A stretch of DNA of 64,000 nt from Longimicrobiales bacterium (lineage in GTDB: Bacteria > Gemmatimonadota > Gemmatimonadetes > Longimicrobiales > Gaopeijiaceae): contig JAWLHJ010000002.1 of assembly GCA_041690395.1 (NCBI GenBank), positions 436,651-500,650 of the forward strand, in the 5' to 3' direction. Position 1 is the stretch's first letter. Each line of letters opens with the position of its first letter. Both the position numbers and the translations under genes were made by a program. Positions 9,608-18,362 of the stretch are shown here, piece after piece. The notes under the pieces are model-generated. The model was not told where the DNA came from. It worked only from the letters and a program-made list of their open reading frames with translations, and searched no databases.

Positions 9608-10120
9608 TCACGACGCCGCACGAAGGTGAGCCTCGTGGTGCACCGCATGCCATGCGTACTGCTCGAGCATGTAGTCCAGCGTCACGTCGCCGATCTCCGG
9701 ATGCCGCAGCGTGCGCTCGAAGTCGGCAGGGGTCATCGCCTGGAGCAGCATGACCCACCGGGCATGGATCGCTTCGAGCAGTTGGAGGGACGGCCAGACC
9801 GGGGCCGCGCGGGCATCCGACAGGCGGGCCCAAGCATCCTGGTCGTACGGGCGGATCGTCGGATGGTCCTCGGTCAGCGCGAGGCGGAAGCGCACGTATG
9901 CGTTCAGGTGGGAGTCGGCGAGGTGGTGGGTGAGCTGGCGGAGGGTCCAGCCGCCCTCCCGGTACGGCACGTCGAGCCGCCCGTCGTGGAGCCCCTCCAC
10001 GATCTCCCGAACCCGTCGCGGGTGGGCCTCGAGGGTCGAGATGCGTTCCTCACGCTCCACCTCGGTCAATGGGCGACCGACCGAAGCGAAGGGGCCGATT
10101 GGATACCTGGGGTCGCTCAT
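9608..10120 (-). CDS. YfiT/BstA-like DinB-superfamily thiol transferase or metal-dependent hydrolase
   Basis: DPRYPIG start, YREGGWTLRQLTHHLADSH, YAWHAVHHEAH metal ligands. Confidence 0.85.
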   Translation of the reverse strand: MSDPRYPIGPFASVGRPLTEVEREERISTLEAHPRRVREIVEGLHDGRLDVPYREGGWTLRQLTHHLADSHLNAYVRFRLALTEDHPTIRPYDQDAWARLSDARAAPVWPSLQLLEAIHARWVMLLQAMTPADFERTLRHPEIGDVTLDYMLEQYAWHAVHHEAHLRAAS

Positions 10121-10230
10121 GCTGGTTGGACTCCATGCATGGGTTCCATTGATGTCAGGCTGTCGAGAGATCGATCCGGGCGTTATTCATACGAGTGCGT
10201 CTCGGTTCCACCCAGCACCCCCGATCCAAG

Positions 10231-10602
10231 ATGATTAGACCGGCAGCGGTCCTCGGCCTCTTGCTCGCGGCGTCCACGACCGCGTGCCTCGACGACTCCA
10301 TAACGGGCACGCGCCCGCTCACGTTCTCGCTCGAGGCGGATCGGTCCTCCGCCCTGGTGGGAGACTCGGTCGTCTTCACCTACGATGCCACGGGGACCAG
10401 CATCTTCGCGGTGATCCTGGCATACGGTGACGGCGTGATCGACACCCTCCGGACCGGGAGCACCAACCAGGTCGAGCGGCGCGAATCCGTCGGCTACGCC
10501 TACGAGACCGCCGGATCGTACGAAGTGATCGGACGGGTCCTGACCGGAATCGGGGAAACGGCCGACACGGTCGATATCCAGATCAACGAAGGTACCGAGT
10601 GA
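10231..10602 (+). CDS. Small lipoprotein with PKD/Ig-like beta domain
   Basis: Lipoprotein signal MIRPAAVLGLLLAASTTAC; YGDG and YETAGSYEV are PKD-like. Confidence 0.6.
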   Translation: MIRPAAVLGLLLAASTTACLDDSITGTRPLTFSLEADRSSALVGDSVVFTYDATGTSIFAVILAYGDGVIDTLRTGSTNQVERRESVGYAYETAGSYEVIGRVLTGIGETADTVDIQINEGTE

Positions 10603-10612
10603 GGGGGACGCC

Positions 10613-11269
10613 TCAGCGTCCCCCCTCCCCGCGCTTCATCAGGGTGATGTGCTGCTCGGCCTGAGCCAGCCCACCCTCACCTTCCTGCCAGCCCACCCGG
10701 CCGTCCCCGTTCGCGTCGACGCCGGTCACCATCTGCTCGGTCAGCTCGGAGAGCTCCTGTAGCAGGTGCGCGGCATGGTCGGCGGATGTCGCGGCCATGA
10801 TCTCCTCGGCCAGCGACGCGACGCGCTCGGCGCGCTCGGCAGCGGTCCGCGCCGCCGTAGCGACATGGGTGGCATGCGTCTGGACGTTCTCCGACGCCGT
10901 CTCGTGGTTTCCGGCCATCTCGATGTGCTGCACGACGCCCGCGGCGGCACGCACCACGCCGTAGCCGGCTCCGGGACCCTGCTCGATCCTGGAAGGATCG
11001 ACGGCGTGGAGCACATGACCCGCATGGCGCTGCATGGCCGCGAGCTCCGTCGTGTTCCGGAGAGCCAGCTCGGCGTGCTGCCGCGCCACGGCGGCCTCCG
11101 CGATCGCTGTGGGGAGGAGCCCCGCCCCTTCCGGCGTGTTCGCGAACCCGTCGGCCACGTGGCCCATGTGGGCGTGCGCGGCCGACTGTTGCGCGGCCAC
11201 CGGCATCGCCACCACGAGAAGCGCCGCCGTCAGCAGCGCTCCGCCCACCACGATTTCGTGCGTCTTCAT
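10613..11269 (-). CDS. Secreted His-rich helical hypothetical protein
   Basis: Sec signal ending VAA-QQ; many helix-spaced His; EF-hand-like DANGDGRVG; SD GGAGG upstream. Confidence 0.7.
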   Translation of the reverse strand: MKTHEIVVGGALLTAALLVVAMPVAAQQSAAHAHMGHVADGFANTPEGAGLLPTAIAEAAVARQHAELALRNTTELAAMQRHAGHVLHAVDPSRIEQGPGAGYGVVRAAAGVVQHIEMAGNHETASENVQTHATHVATAARTAAERAERVASLAEEIMAATSADHAAHLLQELSELTEQMVTGVDANGDGRVGWQEGEGGLAQAEQHITLMKRGEGGR

Positions 11270-11311
11270 GTCGCCTCCCTCGCTGGATAAAGGTCTTCGT
11301 ACTTCACAAGA

Positions 11312-11352
11312 GCGAGCCGGGGCCCGACGCTGACACGTCGGGCCCCGCTCGC
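11312..11352. terminator. Hairpin downstream of ankyrin gene 1
   Basis: GCGAGC-C-GGGGCCCGACG, 6-nt loop, CGTCGGGCCCC-GCTCGC. Confidence 0.55.
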
Positions 11353-11374
11353 ACCACCGTGACCCCGCCCCGAT

Positions 11375-13249
11375 TCAACAGCCGAGGCAGTTGTCGTTGT
11401 TCTTCGCTCCGAGGCCCTCCAGATAGGCGATCGCGCGCGGGAAAGGCTGCACCCGCTGCACCGGTCCGTTGGCCATGTCGACCGTCGTCTGACCCCGCCG
11501 GCTCACCGCGAGAGGATCGGCGCCACGCTCGACGAGGAACTGGAGCATCTCGACGTCACCGCGCGCCGCGGCGTTGTGCAGCGGCGTGTAGCCGTCGTGA
11601 TCACGCGCATTTACGTCCGCTCCGAGCTCATCGACGAGATACCGCACCGCGGACATCCACGCGTCCGGCACGTGGCGGTGCGAGTTGCCCGCGTACCCCG
11701 TTCCGTAGCCATGGCCCGTCGCAGCATGGATCGGGTAGACTCCCGGCCCGCCCACCTCGACAGGAGGCAGCCCGGACGGGTCGGTCCCGCCGTCGCCTCC
11801 GCCGCGGCGCCTCCGCTCCGGGGGCTTGCGCGTGGGGATCTGCGCGTCGGCGCCGGCGTCGACGAGCATCTGCATGGCAGGCACGTCCAGCGCGTGAGCG
11901 GCCCGCCAGAACGGCGTCGCGCCCCGCATGTCCACCCCGAGGTGGCTGAACGTGTATTCCATGAACCAGAGATGCTTCGTGAGGCGGACGTTCGGGTCGG
12001 CCCCGGCCTCCAGGAGTCGGGCCATCACGTCGTGATGGGTGGCCTCCTGCTGCAGGTACGCCTGCTGCTGGGGATAGCGGGCCTTCGGTGCCCACTGCGT
12101 GTTGATCACCGCGAAGAGCGGCGTGGTACCGGCGTGGCTCGCCAGATTCGGGTCCGCCCCGCGTTCGATCAGCTCGAACATCATGTCGAAGTGACCGTTC
12201 ATGGCCGCCATCAGCAGCGGGCTCGTGAGGTCACCACCGCTCGGCTGGTTGATGTCCGCGCCGGCATCGATGAGCCGGAACGCGATCTCGGCCTCACCTT
12301 CACGGACCGCGTGCAGCAGCGGGGTAAGACCGCCCTGCGCGCCGACGAGGGCCGGATACGAGTTGTCGTACTCGTCGTCGTCGTCCATGTCGAGCGCGGC
12401 GTCCTCGGCGGCCGCCTGTGCCTCGGCGGCGTCCTGCGTCGGGTTGTCGGCCTGCACCTGAGGCGGCGTGAACGCCGACCGCAAGGTCCGTAGCGACTCG
12501 TCGACTTCCTCGGCGGACAGCTCGCGAGCCTTGGCCAATGCGGCCTGGACCTCGGCGGGGTTCGGCAACCAGCCTTCCCCGCCCCCCGCGACCCGGTCAC
12601 CCCGGAACTCCTCGAGCACCTCGTTCCGGAGCTGACCGGCGGCCCTGTCCTCCGCGGCGCGCTCGCGCATGTCGACCACGCCGGTCATGACGTTCACGTC
12701 GGCACCCGCCGCCAGCAGCGTCTCCACCGTGGCCAGGCGTCCCGCCGAGGCCGCGAACATGAGCGGCGTCTGCCCCCAATGGCTTTCGCGTGCGTTGACG
12801 TCCGCCCCGTAGGCGATCAACGCCGCCACGGCTTCCTCGCTGGACGTGGAGGCCGCGAAATGAAGGGGCGTGCTGCCGCCGGTCGACGTCCGGGCGGCAG
12901 GGTCGGCTCCCGCTTCGAGCAGCTCTGCGACCACCGTCGCGTGGCCGCCGCGCGCCGCGATGTGCAACGGCGTGTAATCTCCGAGCCGCGTCTTGGGCGA
13001 CACGCTCGCGCCTGCCTCGATGAGCCGCGCGGCCATCTCGGCGTGCCCCTGCTCGGCCGCCCAGTGGAGCGCGGTCATGCCGTCGCCCTGGGCCGCGTCC
13101 AGGTCGGCGCCCTGACGGATCAGCGCCTCGACCCGTGCCAGGTCACCCTGCATGGCCGCGTCGGCGACGGGGGCCTCGGGCGGCGCCGACCCCCAGAGGA
13201 GGAGCGTCACGAGGAGCGCTCCCAGGGGGTGGATGTGTAGCGTCTTCAC
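11375..13249 (-). CDS. Secreted ankyrin-repeat protein with C-terminal CxxC (copy 1)
   Basis: Repeated G.T(A/P)LH.AA ankyrin units; signal-like N-terminus from GTG 13249; ends NNDNCLGC-stop. Confidence 0.88.
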   Translation of the reverse strand: MKTLHIHPLGALLVTLLLWGSAPPEAPVADAAMQGDLARVEALIRQGADLDAAQGDGMTALHWAAEQGHAEMAARLIEAGASVSPKTRLGDYTPLHIAARGGHATVVAELLEAGADPAARTSTGGSTPLHFAASTSSEEAVAALIAYGADVNARESHWGQTPLMFAASAGRLATVETLLAAGADVNVMTGVVDMRERAAEDRAAGQLRNEVLEEFRGDRVAGGGEGWLPNPAEVQAALAKARELSAEEVDESLRTLRSAFTPPQVQADNPTQDAAEAQAAAEDAALDMDDDDEYDNSYPALVGAQGGLTPLLHAVREGEAEIAFRLIDAGADINQPSGGDLTSPLLMAAMNGHFDMMFELIERGADPNLASHAGTTPLFAVINTQWAPKARYPQQQAYLQQEATHHDVMARLLEAGADPNVRLTKHLWFMEYTFSHLGVDMRGATPFWRAAHALDVPAMQMLVDAGADAQIPTRKPPERRRRGGGDGGTDPSGLPPVEVGGPGVYPIHAATGHGYGTGYAGNSHRHVPDAWMSAVRYLVDELGADVNARDHDGYTPLHNAAARGDVEMLQFLVERGADPLAVSRRGQTTVDMANGPVQRVQPFPRAIAYLEGLGAKNNDNCLGC

Positions 13250-13251
13250 GT

Positions 13252-14667
13252 TCAGCGACCCATCGCCGCCGAGACCGACGGGGCGCCGAACGAGAACTCG
13301 CCGGTGCTGTCGCCGAAGCTCTCGAAGTCGTCCATACCGAGCTTGTGCATCAGGCTGAGCATGGCGTTCGCCATGGGCGTGCCGTCGGGAGCGCGAAGGT
13401 GCATGTTCCCCTCGAGCTGCCCGTTCGCGCCGCCCAGCACGATGAGCGGAGCCCTGCGATGGTTGTGCAGGTTCCCGTCCGCCATCGGCGAGCCGTACAT
13501 GATCATCGTCTTGTCGAGCATGGTCTTGTCGCCTTCCTGGATCTTGCTGAGGCTCTCCAGGAAGTACGGCAGCATGCTCACGTGGTAGCTGTTGATCTTC
13601 GCGAAGTCGAGGATGCGGTCCTCGACGCCACCGTGGTGCGACGCCGGGTGGAACGGCGTGTCGGTGCCGCTCTCCGGGTAGACCCGCGCCGACGAGTCGC
13701 GACCCATCTTGAACGAGAAGACGCGCGTCACGTCCGATTCGAACGCGAGCGCCTGCACGTCGAACATGAGGCGGACATGGTCCTCGAACGAATCCGGGAC
13801 GCCGGCCGGCGCCTCGGGAAGCTCGCGGGCCTCTCCGCTGGTGTTCTGGGTTTCGACCAACTCGATACGGCGCTCCAGCTCGCGAACGTTGTCGAGGTAC
13901 CGGTCGAGCCGGTCGCGGTCGTTCGGACCGAGGTCCCGGCGCAACTCGCTCACGCGTCCCGACACCCAATCCAGGATGCTGCTCCCGGTCCTGCGGCGCA
14001 GGGCCCGCTCCTCCGCGGTGCCGCCCGCGCCGAAGAGCTGCTCGAAGGCCACGCGCGGATCGCGGATGACCGGGAGCGGCTCGGTGGGTGACGCCCAGCT
14101 GATCGAGTCGGTGTAGACACAGGTGTAGCCGTAGGCACAGCCGCCGGACTGATCGATGTTCTCGATGCAGAGCTGCATCGAGGGGATCGGCGTGCTCTGC
14201 CCGAACCGCTGTGCGTACATCTGGTCCAGCGACGTCCCGACGTACACGTCGGACCCTTCCGTCTGCTTCGGATGCGACTGGGTCAGGAAGACCGCGCTGG
14301 AGCGGAAGTGATCGCCCCCGATCTCCTTCGGCTCGAAGGCCTCGGCCATGCGGACGTCGGTGTTGCTCACGATCGTCAGGTAGTTCCGCCACTCCTCGAG
14401 TGACCGGAGCGACGTCGGTGCGAGGTCGAAGTTCCGACCGACCTCGCCGGGCGCCCACAGATTCTGCGTCGCGCCCCACTCGTTGCAACCCGCGGCTCCG
14501 TGCACCATCTCGATGGCGACCAACCGGGTCGCGTCGAGCTCGGCGGCCGCGCTGGACCACCCGCGTCCCGCGGGAACCATCGCGTCGAGGAACGGCAACG
14601 CGACGGACGCACCCATTCCCTGAAGGAAGGTGCGGCGGGGAAGATGCTTTCCGGTGATGAACTCCAT
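13252..14667 (-). CDS. DUF1552 (HXXSHH) protein, Tat-exported (copy 1)
   Basis: Tat motif PRRTFL followed by VALPFLDAM; GGCAYGYTCVY; FHPASHH; NLHNH. Confidence 0.88.
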   Translation of the reverse strand: MEFITGKHLPRRTFLQGMGASVALPFLDAMVPAGRGWSSAAAELDATRLVAIEMVHGAAGCNEWGATQNLWAPGEVGRNFDLAPTSLRSLEEWRNYLTIVSNTDVRMAEAFEPKEIGGDHFRSSAVFLTQSHPKQTEGSDVYVGTSLDQMYAQRFGQSTPIPSMQLCIENIDQSGGCAYGYTCVYTDSISWASPTEPLPVIRDPRVAFEQLFGAGGTAEERALRRRTGSSILDWVSGRVSELRRDLGPNDRDRLDRYLDNVRELERRIELVETQNTSGEARELPEAPAGVPDSFEDHVRLMFDVQALAFESDVTRVFSFKMGRDSSARVYPESGTDTPFHPASHHGGVEDRILDFAKINSYHVSMLPYFLESLSKIQEGDKTMLDKTMIMYGSPMADGNLHNHRRAPLIVLGGANGQLEGNMHLRAPDGTPMANAMLSLMHKLGMDDFESFGDSTGEFSFGAPSVSAAMGR

Positions 14668-14709
14668 GATGGTCGCTCTCCTAGAACGCTGCTGAAAAAC
14701 CGCTTGCGG

Positions 14710-17178
14710 TCACTGTTGTCTTTCGTTGGCGGCCACGTCCGTGGCCTGGCCGGCCCTCTGCATCTGGAAGGCATCGCTTTCCACGACGCCCTTCACGAAG
14801 GACGAGATGCTGTAGCCTTCGTCCTTCGCCTCGCTGACGATCTGCCGGACCGTGGGCTGGTCGTAGTACTCGACGCGCCGCCCCAGGGCATAGGCCATGA
14901 GGTTCGACGTGAACGAGCGGACCAGCAGCACCTCCCGGTCGAGCAGCGCCTGCTGCAGCGACAAGGGGCTCGTGACCGGCGTGCCGTCGTACAGCTCACC
15001 GTTCGTGTCGAGCTGGACGCCGCCCTCCTTGATCCGCCACTGCCCGGTCACGTCGAAGTTGTCGAGCGCGAGGCCAATCGGGTCGATGAACCGGTGACAT
15101 GCGTTGCAGGTCGGGTTCGCCCGGTGAACCTCCATGCGCTCCTTCGTCGTGAGCATCCGGCCTTCCGTGGCCTCGTCCGACGTCTCCTCGAGCGGCGGCA
15201 CGCCCGGCGGCGGCGGCGGCGGCGGCGTGCCCATGACGACCTCCATGACCCACTTGCCTCGCAGCACGGGCGATGTCCGTCCCGCGTGGGAGGTGAGCGT
15301 CAGGACGCTCCCGTGGCCCAGGATTCCCCGGCGGGCGGAGTCCTCGGGATACTCGACGAGACGGAACCGGTCGCCGGTCACGCCGCGAATCCCGTAGTGC
15401 CGGGCCAACCGCTCGTTCATGAAGCTGTAGTCCGCCGTGTAGAGCTCGAAGACGCTCCGGTCTTCCCGGACCAGGTGGTCGAACAGCAGCTCGGTCTCGC
15501 GCCGCATGGCGTCCTTGAGCTGCTCATGGAAGTCCGGGAACATCAGACGATCCGGATGCACCTTCTCCAGGTCGTCGAGTCGGAGCCACTGCGCCGCGAA
15601 GCGGGTCGCCAGTGCCTCGGACCTCGGGTCGGCGAGAAGCCGGTCGACCTGCGCCTCGAGCGTGGCGGGATCGGACAGGCGTTCCTCCGCGGCCAGCCGC
15701 AGGAGCTCCTCGTCGGGGGGCAGCGCCCACATGAAGTACGAAAGGCGCGCGGCCAGGTCGACGTCGCTGATCCGGTACAGATCGCCGACCTCGACGTCCG
15801 CCGGGGCCTCCTCGAAGCGGAAGATGAAGTCCGGGCTGGCGAGCAGGGCCTCCACGACCGTGCGGACACCCACCTCGAAGCCACCCTCATCGTAGCCGAG
15901 ATCGTAGAACCCCATGAGGGACTCACGGTCCCGATCCGTCAGCGGACGACGGAACGCCTGCGGTCCGAGCCGCTCGACGATCTCGGCGGCACAGGGGCGC
16001 TCCTCGGACTCGGTCTCCGGCCGGCAGTTCAGAACCCGCTGGCGGCTCGGCGTCTCGGACACGCCCTGCACGTTGAAAGGCCCGCCGACGATGAGGTCCT
16101 TCATGTGGGCCGGCGTCGTCAGGCCGTAGCCACTCACGCCGATCTGTCGGTCCGTCAGGGACCAGTCGTGCGGCGACAGGACGTCCTCGATCGGGCCCTC
16201 GTTCTGCTTCAGGAACGCGGCCGTCACGCGGTGCGGCCCGGCCGTCAGGAAGATCGGCTCCTCGAGCTCCATCTGGACGCCGTTCGGATCGGACACGTCC
16301 ATCCACCGGTCGAACGCGATGACCGCCTTGCGCTCACCGTCGACGGAGACCTCGATGTCCTCGTCCTTGTACGTGCCGCCGAAGACGCCACCGGTGGTGG
16401 TGTGCTCGAACGTCATCCGGATGGTGTACTCACCGTCGGCCGGGAAGTTGTGGACGACGCTGATGCCACCCCGCGTCCCGTACGGCGCCCCCTCGACCCG
16501 CTCCCACTGGGACGCGTAGCCGGGGTTCGTGAACGTGACGGAAATCGGAGTCGCGTCGGGATTCCCCATGGCCAGGCGACTCACTTCCGCCGCGGCGTTC
16601 ATGTAGGAGTTGATCAGCGTCGGCGACAGCATCTGCACATCGGCGATGTTGTCGAAGTTGGCACTCTTGGTGTCGAGCGGGAGGTAGTCGGACGCGTCGA
16701 TGTCGAGCGCCAGCAGGTCGCGTACCGAACGCTCATACTCGGCCCGGTTGAGCCGCTGGAACGTCCGCGAGCCGGGGTTCGGGTTCGTGCTCGCGACCTC
16801 GTCGATGCGCGACTCGAGCGACATGGCGAGCGCCTGGAGGGTGTCACCAGCGGGCCGGCGGGCTCCGGGCGGGGGCATCATGCCGGCACGCAGCTTGACG
16901 ATGACCTTCTCGCTCAGCGCCGCATCCGCCTCGGGTGAACCGGCATCGTATCCCTCGAGCGACAGGTTGCCCTGGAGCCGACGGTCGCTGTGGCACCGGA
17001 CGCAGTACTGCTCGATGACTTCGTCGTTGGAAAGGTCGGACGCGAGCGCCGCGACCGACGCGGAATGCTCGCTGGCCGGGTCGGCCGGCAAGTCCGCCGA
17101 GGCGGGAGCATCGTTCACGCTCCCCGCGTACACGGTCAGGATACCTAGTGCCGCGATGGTCGCGGAGACTGTCTTCAT
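14710..17178 (-). CDS. DUF1592/PSD1-5/PSCyt-type di-heme cytochrome c protein (copy 1)
   Basis: CVRCH and CNACH heme motifs, MPP, RLNRAEY, FDNIAD, ALLASPDFIF, ARLSYFMW, TSPVLRGKW, YALGR. Start MKTVSAT at 17178 with GGAGG SD. Confidence 0.88.
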   Translation of the reverse strand: MKTVSATIAALGILTVYAGSVNDAPASADLPADPASEHSASVAALASDLSNDEVIEQYCVRCHSDRRLQGNLSLEGYDAGSPEADAALSEKVIVKLRAGMMPPPGARRPAGDTLQALAMSLESRIDEVASTNPNPGSRTFQRLNRAEYERSVRDLLALDIDASDYLPLDTKSANFDNIADVQMLSPTLINSYMNAAAEVSRLAMGNPDATPISVTFTNPGYASQWERVEGAPYGTRGGISVVHNFPADGEYTIRMTFEHTTTGGVFGGTYKDEDIEVSVDGERKAVIAFDRWMDVSDPNGVQMELEEPIFLTAGPHRVTAAFLKQNEGPIEDVLSPHDWSLTDRQIGVSGYGLTTPAHMKDLIVGGPFNVQGVSETPSRQRVLNCRPETESEERPCAAEIVERLGPQAFRRPLTDRDRESLMGFYDLGYDEGGFEVGVRTVVEALLASPDFIFRFEEAPADVEVGDLYRISDVDLAARLSYFMWALPPDEELLRLAAEERLSDPATLEAQVDRLLADPRSEALATRFAAQWLRLDDLEKVHPDRLMFPDFHEQLKDAMRRETELLFDHLVREDRSVFELYTADYSFMNERLARHYGIRGVTGDRFRLVEYPEDSARRGILGHGSVLTLTSHAGRTSPVLRGKWVMEVVMGTPPPPPPPGVPPLEETSDEATEGRMLTTKERMEVHRANPTCNACHRFIDPIGLALDNFDVTGQWRIKEGGVQLDTNGELYDGTPVTSPLSLQQALLDREVLLVRSFTSNLMAYALGRRVEYYDQPTVRQIVSEAKDEGYSISSFVKGVVESDAFQMQRAGQATDVAANERQQ

Positions 17179-17316
17179 CCGGCCTCCAATTGGCCTGCTG
17201 CGACCTCCCACCGGGTGAGCGCACCCTGGGGGTGGGAAGTCTCTATCGAGGACGCGGCGACGCATGCCTTATCGCATGCCCCACCGCGAAACATTCCGAG
17301 TCCTGTCCGAAACCTG

Positions 17317-17346
17317 ATTATACGGGGCCGGCTTCGGTCACGCCAA
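17317..17346 (-). promoter_or_regulatory. Putative sigma70 promoter of DUF1592 operon 1
   Basis: Minus strand TTGGCG-N18-TATAAT. Confidence 0.5.
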
Positions 17347-17395
17347 GCTCCCCGCGAGCCGGTCCGGGCCGTTTCGATCCCGTACCAATACAGAC

Positions 17396-17445
17396 ACGGC
17401 CGGGACCCGGAGCGTTGAAGCTCGAAGCGCCCCGGGTCCGGCCGT
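17396..17445. terminator. Long hairpin downstream of the FmdB-family gene
   Basis: ACGGCCGGGACCCGGAGCG ... GCGCCCCGGGTCCGGCCGT imperfect inverted repeat. Confidence 0.45.
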
Positions 17446-17508
17446 CGCACCGCGCGGACGAAGGCCGGCGATGCCGAGCGTCTCCTCCCACGGCGGGACC
17501 TCACGACT

Positions 17509-17775
17509 TCAGTCGTGTCCGTGCCGGTCGTGGCTCTGTTCGTACTGGAGCTGCGCGTGCATGCGCTCCTGGCCCTGCGCCGCGTCGCGCTTCTTCGCGG
17601 CTCTCATGGCCAGGTCGTGCGTCGCGTCGGACTTCACCGCTGGGGTCGAGAGCACCCGCTCCACCGCGGAACTGTCGCACGACGGGCAGGACGCGCCCGC
17701 GTCCTCACCGACCTTGCGCACGAAGATCTCGAACCGGTTTCCACACTCCTGGCAGGAGTATTCGTAGATAGGTAT
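17509..17775 (-). CDS. FmdB-family zinc-ribbon protein, apparently with an ATA start codon
   Basis: (I)PIYEYSCQECG..FE..V...CPSCDS..VERVLS matches the MPIYEY.C..C family N-terminus. The Met position is ATA, 7 nt after GAGGA. Confidence 0.8.
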   Translation of the reverse strand: MPIYEYSCQECGNRFEIFVRKVGEDAGASCPSCDSSAVERVLSTPAVKSDATHDLAMRAAKKRDAAQGQERMHAQLQYEQSHDRHGHD

Positions 17776-17929
17776 GATGTCATCCTCACGTCGAAGGTAC
17801 CCGAGCCTTACACACCCCAAAGGTACACGGCTCATTCGAGGGAGTGCCGCGCAACACTGGCACCCCGTCGCGGGTAGAAACAGCACAGCCGCCATCAAGA
17901 GCGACCGAACCGTCGGAGGAATCACAACA

Positions 17930-18331
17930 ATGGACACCCGTACCGCCCGCTTCCGCTTCCTGGGAACGGCGCTGCTCACCGCATCGCTCGCCGTTTCCGC
18001 ACCCGCGGCCGAGGTCCAGGCCCAGGCGGAACAGACCGCGGAGAGCACGAGCCTCACGGACGAGCGGCTGACCCAGTACGCCACTCTGCACCTGGCCATC
18101 AACGAGGCCCGTGACGAGTTCCAGGCGTCCAAGGCCTCCGTTCACGATTTCGAAGCCCGCGAGCGGCTCCGTGAAGAGATGGACGAACGGCTCCACGGGC
18201 TCTACGAAGAGCACGGAATGACCAAGGAGGAGTACGACGGCATCACCTTCCTGGTCAGCATCGACAACGACGTCCGGAGCCGCCTCGAGGAGATCATCGC
18301 CACCTTGAACGCGACCGACGACGATCGCTGA
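17930..18331 (+). CDS. Secreted small helical protein (DUF4168-like)
   Basis: Signal ending AQA; LTDERLTQYA and HGMTKEEYDGI...DNDVRSRL pattern; GGAGGA SD. Confidence 0.65.
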   Translation: MDTRTARFRFLGTALLTASLAVSAPAAEVQAQAEQTAESTSLTDERLTQYATLHLAINEARDEFQASKASVHDFEARERLREEMDERLHGLYEEHGMTKEEYDGITFLVSIDNDVRSRLEEIIATLNATDDDR

Positions 18332-18362
18332 CGAGGGCGTCCTCCGAGGCCGCTCGTGAAAA

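Noticed and set aside
13250..14560. Apparent 1061-aa ankyrin fusion
   Set aside because: The extension overlaps DUF1552 in another frame. The paralog and the signal peptide place the start at 13249.
15205..15227. (GGC)n triplet run, also near 22150-22170
   Set aside because: Encodes the conserved poly-proline of the DUF1592 proteins with equal length in both copies; not a contingency locus or array.
17365..17387. tRNA-3'-like string CGGGCCGTTTCGATCCCGTACCA (possible att remnant)
   Set aside because: T-arm geometry is wrong, there is no acceptor stem, and no integrase or second copy is seen.
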